From NCBI GenBank assembly GCA_032718475.1, contig JAUCBJ010006521.1, positions 1 through 49,028 of the forward strand: a DNA stretch of 49,028 bases, written 5' to 3'. The position numbers and the translations under genes were made by a program. Positions 12,095-22,225 of this stretch are shown piece by piece. The notes below the pieces were generated by a model. The model was not told where the DNA came from. It was given only the letters and a program-made list of their open reading frames with translations, and did no database searches. Positions within the stretch are counted from its first letter, which is position 1, and each line of letters begins with the position of its first letter. This DNA comes from Nemertoderma westbladi (Eukaryota; Animalia; Xenacoelomorpha).

Positions 12095-13675
12095 ATGAGC
12101 GGTACCGGTAAATTGAAAGCGCTTATCATTCAAACATTCAAACTTAATGGTTTATCTTTGAAACCGGACGCGGTGACTCTCCTCCAACACTCGCTGTCTC
12201 GAGTATCGTCGAGCGACTACGAGTCGAGTTTGGATCGAATAATCGACGCGGTAATAAAGTCGGAACCTGCGACTCCAATAATCGACGTGAATACTGTTGA
12301 ATCGGCGGTCCGGGAATGCAACACGGAAGCGGAGGAGGATATCGATTCCGTATTCAACGTTATCAACCTATTCGACGTTCCGCACTACGTCTACCATCAG
12401 GATCGCAAAAAATTTATCCTTTCCTCGGAATCCGAACGCCCAGTGCCGTCGAATTCAGTTTTTCCGGACGCAGATTCGAAAACCGACGCTATTGTTGAGA
12501 AGTACACGATGATCCGACAACGAGTCGAGCGACACCCAGAGTTGATTTCAGACGCGGATCGAAGTGAATTGAAACCAGTCGAGTTCCTATTAGGCAGCTC
12601 CTCGGGTGCGGTCACTGGGCGACACAAGATTGCGTTGCTAGGGGTGTTGACGCGGGGCCGGACCGGTAAACCCTGCCTGGAGGACCCAACCGGAACTGTG
12701 GAGTTGGATCTCTCCGAAACCGAAGTCGGGAAAGGTCTCTACACCGACGGATGTTTCGTGATAATCCGTGGAATCTATATCGACGGGACCCTAAAGGCCT
12801 CCAGTCTGTCTCTCCCTCCTATAGAAACCTCGCAGACATCGCGAACCTACGCTGGGAACATTAACTTCTTTGGAGGTCCTTCGCGTTACGCTGTTAAATC
12901 CTCTAGTAAACTGGCGGAGATGGAGTCGGAATTCCGGGAAGCTATGTTCGTTATCGTTTCGGACGTCTGGCTCGACGACCCTACCGTGATGCTCCGACTA
13001 AACTCGATGTTCGCTGGATTTGAATCGTCGCCTCCCGTAGCTTTTATTCTATGCGGCCCCTTTACTTCCCGCTGGTACGGATCCGAACACGTTAACAAAC
13101 TCAAAAACTCACTAAAAGATTTACAAACGACTCTACTGAGGTATCCCAACCTGGTTGCGACATCGCGTTTGGTTTTTGTTCCTTCATCTCGCGATCCGGG
13201 TTTAACGAACCTCCTCCCTCGCCCCGCGTTGTTCGACTCCGTCACCTCGGAGTTTCGCTCCCGTCTCCCCCACGCAGTGTTCGCGAGTAACCCGGCCCGC
13301 ATCCAGTACTGCACCCACGAGATTGTCGTATTCCGCGAGGACCTCGTCTCCAAGTGTCTCCGGAACTGTATGCGTCTCCCGCGGGAGCAATACGGTACCG
13401 TCCCGCAGCACCTGTCGCACACACTGCTGTCCCAATCTCATTTAATCCCTTTGTCCCTCTCCGTGTCCCCCACTTACTGGTCCTACAACCACTCACTCTC
13501 CCTCTACCCACTTCCCGACCTGGTTGTCATTGCCGATCGCTACAACGGTTTCTCTGTCGACAGCCACGGCGCCAAGGTCGTTAATCCGGGATCCTTCCCA
13601 TGTAACAACTTCGCCTTTAAGGTTTATTATCCGGCTAGTCGACAGATTGAGGACAGCGAAATACCGCCTCCATAA
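12095..13675 (+). CDS. POLE2: DNA polymerase epsilon subunit 2, single-exon CDS
   Basis: 526-aa ORF with N-terminal FKLNGL domain, LEDPTGTVELDLS, FVIVSDVWLD, FVPSSRDPG, NPARIQYCTHEIVVFREDL, LYPLPDLVVIAD and NPGSF...FKVYYP. Confidence 0.97.
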   Translation: MSGTGKLKALIIQTFKLNGLSLKPDAVTLLQHSLSRVSSSDYESSLDRIIDAVIKSEPATPIIDVNTVESAVRECNTEAEEDIDSVFNVINLFDVPHYVYHQDRKKFILSSESERPVPSNSVFPDADSKTDAIVEKYTMIRQRVERHPELISDADRSELKPVEFLLGSSSGAVTGRHKIALLGVLTRGRTGKPCLEDPTGTVELDLSETEVGKGLYTDGCFVIIRGIYIDGTLKASSLSLPPIETSQTSRTYAGNINFFGGPSRYAVKSSSKLAEMESEFREAMFVIVSDVWLDDPTVMLRLNSMFAGFESSPPVAFILCGPFTSRWYGSEHVNKLKNSLKDLQTTLLRYPNLVATSRLVFVPSSRDPGLTNLLPRPALFDSVTSEFRSRLPHAVFASNPARIQYCTHEIVVFREDLVSKCLRNCMRLPREQYGTVPQHLSHTLLSQSHLIPLSLSVSPTYWSYNHSLSLYPLPDLVVIADRYNGFSVDSHGAKVVNPGSFPCNNFAFKVYYPASRQIEDSEIPPP

Positions 13676-14269
13676 AATACCCCCTCCGTAAAATACCTTC
13701 TCCATAGGTAAAGTTATGCAATGTCATATCTCTATCATGGTTTAATTTTCTAATTACTTACTTTAGCAATTGTTAAAATTAAAACTACCGGAATGTTTTC
13801 ATGTCACTATCGAGGTTTGAACGTTTTAATAATATTATTACACCAGGGCCCGTAATATAGTGTAATTTTCTGATGTCCCGGAACCCCCCCCCCCCCCCCC
13901 CCCCCCCCCCGTACGTACGTTCTGATGACACGGACCCTCGTGTTTTTTCGCGGGAAGTTAATTTTGAAAATCGGCTGTGATTGGCTGCTACAGATTTGAC
14001 GTCACTACAACGTGATCTGTTAATTTCTTACGTAGTTTCTATGAAGGCGGTGGGTGATTTTAGATCCATTTAAATACATATTAAATCTCAATCATTTCAC
14101 ACGTATTTTATATATTTTACATATTTTATATATTGAAGTAACATGTGCGTGCATATATCTATAAATTATCATATGGGTTAAAATACACATTGATTGATTG
14201 ATTGATTGACACGTAGCTTATATCAACTGAAAGCGGAGAGTCTTGCTGAGACGCTAGAATTAATTAAAT

Positions 14270-14770
14270 TCATGATGATGAACATTGAAAAAACGCTCTT
14301 CACAATTGTAAACTCACTGTACGATTGTTCCACCACATTTGTATCTACTGCTGATGGTGACACAGATCCATTCGAAGGGGACACATTTGCGCCATTCTTA
14401 TTTGTAATTGTGGTTGATTATATTATACACAAGTCTTTAGACCATCTTAATCTGGCACAAGAAGTAGAGGAAATCCTGCAAAGTACCTTACTGATCTAGA
14501 CTTTACTGATGACATAGGGGCACTGTCAGAATCATAAGAGGGAGTCCAAACGCTCCTCTGCTCATTGGAGCAGGTTGCTTCTAGTGTTGGTCTTTTTGAC
14601 TCTAAGAAGACCAAAATTACGCCAGTCAACCTAGACAGCCCCCAAGAAATGTAAAGAAATATAAGAAACATATATAGAAGCATAAGCTCCAGCGATGGCT
14701 TGCTTGGGGACGTGGATGACTTCTGCTACTTTGGTTAATGGATCTTTAAAGTCAGGTCAAGATACATGGG
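14270..14770 (+). mobile_element. Degenerate RTE-like LINE reverse transcriptase fragment
   Basis: GDTFAPFLFVIVVDYI (RT motif), TDLDFTDDI (ADD-type motif) and VDDFCYFG with stops and frameshifts; similar to ~39800-40120. Confidence 0.85.
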
Positions 14771-14989
14771 GTGCAAATTTTTCATCATCAATGAAAATAC
14801 TAGTAAAAATTCAAAGAGTAAAACTTCAACATTAAAAATCAACCACCCTTCATTTAAAGGATGTAAGAGAGAATTGAGAAGGGGAGAGAATGGAGGGTGG
14901 GGCCGGGGGTGGGTTTAAATTCAAGAAAAAAATGTTGATAAAAATAAAATAAAAAAGTAGTTATTGTTTTGGCCACTTTCAGGCAGAGG

Positions 14990-16490
14990 GTATAATAATG
15001 TGGCAAGTACTCAGGATAAATCACAACTGATTGTAAATAAATTGGTTGTTAATTACACTGAAAGCGATGTTTATTTGGGGGTGCCATTTACGTCGGACGG
15101 GAAAGTGGCTTTTGGTACTTTTGGCACTTTGGCGCAGCACCAATTAAAGTGTGGAGATACAGTTACGTGTGTTAATACTAGCCTACCGTTTGTTGTTAAT
15201 ACTAGCCTACCGTTTGTTGTTAATACTAGCCTACCGTTTGTTGTTAAAACTAGCCTACCGTTTGTTGTTAATACTAGCCTACCGTTTGTTGTTAATACTA
15301 GCCTACCGTTTGTTGTTAATACTAGCCTACCGTTTGTTGTTAATACTAGCCTACCGTTTGTTGTTAATACTAGCCTACCGTTTGTTGTTAATACTAGCCT
15401 ACCGTTTGTTGTTAATACTAGCCTACCGTTTGTTGTTAATACTAGTCTACCGTTTGTTGTTAATACTAGCCTACCGTTTGTTGTTAATACTAGCCTATCG
15501 TATTGTTAATACTAGCCTACCTTTTGTTGTTAATACTAGCCTACCGTTTGTTGTTAATACTAGCCTACCGTTTGTTGTTAATACTAGCCTGCCGTTTGTT
15601 GTTAAAACTAGCCTACCGTTTCTTGTTAATACTAGCCTACCGTTTTATTTAAAGAAACGTGTTTTCGACGCGGCAGTAATGTCCGCATTATTATATGGAT
15701 GTGAGTCATGGTTGACGGGTAACACTGCCCAGTTAGAAAGATTTCATATTAAGATGGTGAAAGGGCTCCTCGGTGCGAGAAGTCAAACACACACAGATGT
15801 TTGATTAATAGAATTAGTGGCTCCGACATTAAACAGTTAGTGGCTCGTGCGAGGAAACGTTTCATGTCTAAAATACTTAAAAATATAGATTCGGAAATCA
15901 ATTCAAGTTTTCAATTTGTGTAAATGAAGTAATACGCCCGGGTACAAAATGTTAATGGAGGCTTACAATAGTGATAGTGTTGATTCGCTTACTGATAGTA
16001 GGAACCGTATTGTTATAAATAAACCATTAAGTGCTACAAAATTTGCGACTTACCGTAGGGATTTTAATGAGAAATTAGTTCAGTTTCCAATATACGGAAC
16101 CATAATAATGTGCCAGATTATTTGAGGATGTGGTTTACTAGGGTAAGGTTAATGTCTCATAATTAAGGTAGACAATGGTAGGTGGTCTAGGATTAGTAGA
16201 AACAGACGTGTGTGTGAGTGTGACAAGGAGGCTGTTAAACAGAGGCACATGTATTACTTTATGTATTACTGTATGTTAGATATTAGTTCGTTAATTAAGT
16301 ACATTATTTTACTGTAAACAGAGAGACTATTACATACTGTGCAAGTATATTCTTGACGTTATAGAATTATATCAAACGTAACAAACAATATGTTTTTCTT
16401 TTAGTGAGACCAAATTGTGCTTTAACAACATTTAAATAGGTATAATAAAATTAATTTGTATATTTCCTTTGGCTATGAAAATATAAATGA
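14990..16490 (+). mobile_element. 3' part of a second non-LTR retrotransposon family, degenerate
   Basis: VYLGVPFTSDG (late RT motif), KKRVFDAAVMSALLYGCESW, then RVRLMSHN...GRWSRI...RRVCECD typical of LINE ORF2 C-termini; multiple stops. Confidence 0.75.
15171..15645. repeat. 24-bp minisatellite (GTTAATACTAGCCTACCGTTTGTT), about 20 copies, inside the LINE ORF
   Basis: Directly visible; translates as (VNTSLPFV)n. Confidence 0.97.
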
Positions 16491-16493
16491 TCC

Positions 16494-16765
16494 CGAACTC
16501 CTCTATGGGAGTCCATGCTGGGCTCTAACTGCTGAGGACACCAAATCTCTGAATGGCACATTCACAAGAATGCTACGCCGGGTTCATTGTGTCAAGTACA
16601 ATGCACACATCTCCAACCAGACACTATATAACATTAGAGGTGTCTCATTGGTTCCCCCAAGCTTGACACTAGAACAAAATCGCCTCCGCTTTGCAGGACA
16701 TTGCTTTCGCCGTGAGGACCAGCCAGTGCATAATCTTGTACTTTGGCTGCGTCATGCAGTGAATA
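16494..16765 (+). mobile_element. RTE-like LINE fragment
   Basis: Nearly identical to ~26330-26600 (LLYGSPCWALTAEDTKSL...RFAGHCFR). Confidence 0.9.
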
Positions 16766-17517
16766 TCTAGTTTCCTAGCAAATCACATTCTTTACTTAAT
16801 TTGTATGGTACAGATAGTAGGCCTAGAACCAAGGTGTACTAAATTAAAATAACCGCAATTTCTAGCTGGCGGTCATAATGGCAAATTTAGTTATACTGGT
16901 TATTATACTAGTGTATTTATTAAATAGAATAAATGGCATGCAGCGAACAATAATTCTTGCAATCGTTGAATGCCTATATCTCAGCTGTTTCTCAACGAAA
17001 TTCAGACATTGTTACATATTTGGAATCCTTGCAACGCAAGCTTTCTATTGATATGAAAAAATTACGACTAAAGTGAAGAATGGCAATGATACAGAGGGTG
17101 CGATTTCGCAAAAGACACTTTTTTAAAACGCTTATAGAAAAAATTTAAAGGCGAAATCGAAAATTCCGGCTTCATGGTAACAACCACGGTGAGTTGAACT
17201 TGTTGTGTTTCAAATTTCAAGCAATATGATAATGATTTGTAGAAAAATTTGGGGGGGGGGGGGGTGTCCGTGTCATCAGAAAATGACACTATGTTACGGG
17301 TTAAGGTGTATATTATATAGGCCTGGGCCTACTGTACATATATTATTACTGTATTATAGGTCATTACAAAGGCAAATAAAACACATTTTAAAAGTCAATT
17401 AGAAAATCAATTAAGATTATACACGCTAAAAACAGATGAAACACATATTTATACAGGACAGACAGTAGAAGTATTCAATAGAAAGTATAATAAACACACA
17501 ATTAGGGTAAAAATATA

Positions 17518-20500
17518 TGGCGTCTGATTTGAGCCAAAATACCTTAGAATTACAAATGTGTACCTTACATATTTCTTTAGCTTATATTTATAAGATAAAA
17601 TGTCTTACTTTAAAGTATATATACATCGCTTAAAATTAAGCTATGTTTATGTAGTTGACTTTAATAAATCCCTTAAAAGTAAGGTTTTTTGTACAAATCC
17701 CTTAAAAGTAAGGTTTTTTGTACAAGTCCTGTTAAAACATCGCTTAAAAGTAAGCTATGTTTATGTAGTTGACTTTAATAAATCGCTTAAAAGTAAGGTA
17801 TTTTGTACAAGTCCTGTTAAAACATCGCTTAAAAGTAAGCTATGTTTATGTAGTTGACTTTAATAAATCGCTTAAAAGTAAGGTATTTTGTACAAGTCCT
17901 GTTAAAACATCGCTTAAAAGTAAGCTATGTTTATGTAGTTGACTTTAATAAATCGCTTAAAAGTAAGGTATTTTGTACAAGTCCTGTTAAAACATCGCTT
18001 AAAAGTAAGCTATGTTTACGTAGTTGACTTTAATAAATGACTTAAAATAAGGTATTTTATTGCAGTTGCGTTCCACCATTGTTTAAAATTAAGTATGTGT
18101 TTATGCACTGTAATATGGTTTAAAGTAGGCCTAACCGATGTTTTTACAGTGTCGTTTATTTAAACATAGTTTAATCTAAACTATGTTTTTGCAGTGTTTT
18201 GTCCAATCAAATGCTTTGTTTACAATATTTCAATTAGTAAATAGATCACGAGAGGGCGCTGTTGAGCAATTGTTGTATTCTAGTATTAGAACAGCTAAAT
18301 CGAATTTCTGATATGTAGGGTACACGGTACGGACAGTACTTTTAACAGTACCGGTATAGTAGTAGGCAAGGCATCCAAAATGTCATCTTCGAAATTGAGA
18401 GCCTAATACGGAGGTGCCAACAAATTTTAGAAGATGAGACATTTTCAAACTTAAATATAATAGAATATTTAACACGTATTTTTCAATATAAGATTTGTCT
18501 ACTGGTTACCTAATAGAGAATGCCGGTAATAGCCCTAGCAATATCGCCGATACCAGTACAGGTAATTCTGGAATAATTAATTAATCAAAGCCTCCATGAA
18601 TGGCTTCATTGGTTTTTAAGTATACGTATTGCTCGACATCAAAGAAACTGCTGCATTAGTGCTGCATTACATTGTCCCACTCTAACCTAAAACATGAGAT
18701 GCTGGTCGTCCACGTTTCGATGTATCTAAAGACTTATTAGTAAAGTAGAAAAATTGTCTAAAGTTCAAATATCCCGGATCGACGAACCATAACAAAAAGA
18801 GTTAACGATTATGAACTCCAAAATCGAAATCGAATACAAACTGTGATTGGTACTTGTTGCGGAAATACCTGGAGGGACAGTAAGAGGAATATTGGAAGGC
18901 GTCTCATTGCCTCTTCGTAAACCATCTTTATTAAGGCCGCAATTGTGCATTAGGGCACAGAAAGTGACGGATTCTTCGCGAATTTCGCAAACGTCGCGAA
19001 ATACGCGATTTTCCCAAACGTCGCAAACATCGGGAATTTTTTCTACAATATTGAAAGGGTCACGCAAATTATTTTTTTGAACCGTTATTTTTTGTGTTCT
19101 TGAGTGCTTTTTGCATAAAAAACATATCGACTAATGTTCTAGAACATTGGCCAATACCAAAAAAATTTAAAAAACTTTAAAAAGGAATGGTGAAAAAATG
19201 GCTGGGGGTGTCGCGAAGTAGGGATCCTTTTGCTTAAGGAGAGTCCATTTTACACAACAAAGAATTCCCGACGTTTGCGAAATTCGCGATGTTTGCGACG
19301 TTTGCAAAATACGCGAAGAATCCCGCAGTTTCTGTGCCCTACTCCAATTGTTGCAAAAGGGGCCAAAGACGGCCAATACTTCTGCCCCACAATATGTACA
19401 AAATACCATATTAAAGTGCAGATATTTTAGTCATCTAACTGCCTAACCCTAACAGAATCACTACTCACTAGTCCTGCTATTACCCCTAATCCAACCTCTA
19501 TTCTTTAGAATATAACAATTGCTCAAAAGCGCCGTCTCGTGGTCTAATTTACTAATTGCAGATATAGTCAACAAACCATTTGATTGGACAAAACACTGCA
19601 AAAAACATAGCTTACTTTAAACTATGTTTAAACGACACTGTAAAAACATAGCTTACTTTAAACTATGTTTAAACGACACTGTAAAAACATAGCTTACTTT
19701 AAACTATGTTTAAACGACACTGTAAAAAAACATCGGTTACTTTAAATTATATTACTGCATAAACACATACCTCATTTTAAGCAACTGCAATAAAATACCT
19801 TATTTTAAGTCATTTATTAAAGTCAACTACGTAAACATAGCTTACTTTTAAGCGATGTTTTAACAGGACTTGTACAAAATACCTTACTTTTAAGCGATTT
19901 ATTAAAGTCAACTACATAAACATAGCTTACTTTTAAGCGATGTTTTAACAGGACTTGTACAAAATACCTTACTTTTAAGCGATTTATTAAAGTCAACTAC
20001 ATAAACATAGCTTACTTTTAAGCGATGTTTTAACAGGACTTGTACAAAATACCTTACTTTTAAGCGATTTATTAAAGTCAACTACATAAACATAGCTTAC
20101 TTTTAAGCGATGTTTTAACATGACTTGTACAAAATACCTTACTTTTAAGCGATTTATTAAAGTCAACTACATAAACATAGCTTACTTTTAAGCGATGTTT
20201 TAGCAGGACTTGTACAAAATACCTTACTTTTAAGCGATTTATTAAAGTCAACTACATAAACATAGCTTACTTTTAAGCGATGTTTTAACAGGACTTGTAC
20301 AAAATACCTTACTTTTAAGCGATTTATTAAAGTCAACTACATAAACATAGCTTACTTTTAAGCGATGTTTTAGCAGAACATGTACAAAATACCTTACTTT
20401 TAAGCGATTTATTAAAGTCTACTACATAAACATAGCTTACTTTTAAGCGATGTTTTAACAGGACTTGTACAAAATACCTTACTTTTAAGCGATTTATTAT

Positions 20501-21129
20501 TAAAGTCAACTGCATAAACATAGCTTACTTTTAAGCGATGTTTTAGCAGAACTTGTACAAAATACCTTACTTTTAAGCGATTTATTAAAGTCTTCTACAT
20601 AAACATAGCTTACTTTTAAGCGATGTTTTAACAGGACTTGTACAAAATACCTTACTTTTAAGCGATTTATTATTAAAGTCAACTACATAAACATGGCTTA
20701 CTTTTAAGCGATGTTTTAGCAGAACATGTACAAAATACCTTACTTTTAAGCGATTTATTAAAGTCAACTACATAAACATAACTTACTTTTAAGCGATGTT
20801 TTAACAGGACTTGTACAAAATACCTTACTTTTAAGCGATTTATTAAAGTCAACTACATAAACATAGCTTACTTTTAAGCGATGTTTTAGCAGGACTTGTA
20901 CAAAATACCTTACTTTTAAGCGATTTATTAAAGTCAACTACATAAACATAGCTTACTTTTATGCGATGTTTTAACAGGACTTGTACAAAATACCTTACTT
21001 TTAAGCGATTTATTAAAGTCAACTACAAATACTTTAAAGTAAGGTATTTTATCTTATAAATATAAGCTAATGAAAAATGTAAGGTACACATTTGTAATTC
21101 TAAGGTATTTTGGCTCAAATCAGATGCCC
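17518..21129. mobile_element. Foldback (FB/MULE-like) element with long modular TIRs and 10-bp TSD
   Basis: TSD TAAAAATATA at 17508-17517 and 21130-21139. Arms ~17518-18290 and ~19497-21129 are inverted copies carrying an 85-bp tandem unit (about 5 copies left, about 14 right). Confidence 0.93.
18953..19339. mobile_element. MITE nested in the foldback interior
   Basis: TA|GGGCACAGAAA..GGATTCTTCGCG..GCAAACGTCGC is mirrored by GCGACGTTTGC..CGCGAAGAATCC..TTTCTGTGCCC|TA. Confidence 0.85.
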
Positions 21130-21419
21130 TAAAAATATAACTAAAAACGGATCTTTAAATAAAAAATATGTACATGTCACAAACAACAGTCATGAACAAT
21201 AGTTACAGCAGTGGATACAAAATAAAATAAATAAAATAAAATAAAAAACCATAGCAGTGCACAGTTAGTTAGTTATACAGAAGATAAATCAATATAAGTA
21301 GCGTTGGAGGGTGAAATTTGCAATGGCTACCTGTCTCACGGGTGTATCACTGAAAATATATTTAATGTTTTAATTAATTTTCTTGTTTTAAACATACTGT
21401 ATTCAGACAAGGGTTACCG

Positions 21420-21815
21420 TTTATATCACGCGCATTCACTACTGACTCTGAAAGGAGGTTCCATGTATTCACGACGTGACCTGCAAAGTTATTACACCTG
21501 CGTAGTGATCTACAGCCGGATCGTTAATACAGAGCGAGCTATGAGCCACGTGTTCTATAATTATGTAGTTCACTCCTAAACTGAAAGAAGTTACAGCGAT
21601 CTATATTGTCGATTCCATGGAACAAATTTGTATGTCGATATCAAGTCTGCGCGAATTCTACGATATATTAGTGTGGGAAGCTTAAGCTACTTCAGCCGGT
21701 CCTCATAGGGTAGATCTCGTAGGGATGGGATGAGTCTAGTAGCTCTGTGCTTGACTTGCTCGAGAATATCAATGTCGCGCTGAATAAATGGAGACCAAAC
21801 CACAGTGGAAGCAGG
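21420..21815 (-). mobile_element. CR1-clade LINE ORF2 C-terminal fragment (not in the ORF track)
   Basis: Manual minus-strand translation gives VWSPFIQRDIDILEQVKHRATRLIPSLRDLPYEDRLK*LKLPTLIYRRIRADLISTYK, later RTRG and VVNTWNLL..SVVNA, the characteristic CR1 C-terminal pattern. Confidence 0.88.
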
Positions 21816-22225
21816 GCGCATGGCATGGAAGAAATTTTTGTGTCTTCTATCACTGTATCACTTGACTGCTTGACGTAGGACGTGATATGATACTTGACCT
21901 GACCTACTGCAGTACTGTAATGCAATAAGCAGATAAGCTACATCACATCATCAACATCAGCAGAACAAAATACAGTATAGGCCTTCAGGTATAGCACATT
22001 ACAGCATTAGGCTGGTAGTGGTTAGAGTTAAGTACTGGTACAGGCCTATCAGATACTACACTCAGCTGCTCAGACACTACACACTACATTACAGCAAGAC
22101 CTCATTACATACAGCATTTGCGTAGGCCTACTGAAGTAAATCATCTCGGGGTAAACTTTTACTCCGCTGCTCCGCCTCTGACCCATGAATCCTGACAGTT
22201 ACCAAAAGACCAGGAACGCGGAAAC

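Larger units (their letters stand above)
13841..17308. mobile_element. Second copy of the Tc1/mariner-like MITE family, apparently split by nested LINEs
   Basis: Left TIR TA|CACCAGGGCCCGTAATATAGTGT at 13841; right TIR GTGTCATCAGAAAATGACACTATGTTACGGGTTAAGGTG|TA at 17308. That the two ends belong to one copy is inferred. Confidence 0.6.

Noticed and set aside
14964-15804. Repeat-protein genes (VVNTSLPF)n and (LLLILAYR)n
   Set aside because: Products of a 24-bp minisatellite inside a decayed LINE.
17600-20767. Short ORFs in the foldback arms and nested MITE
   Set aside because: Translations of tandem or inverted repeats.
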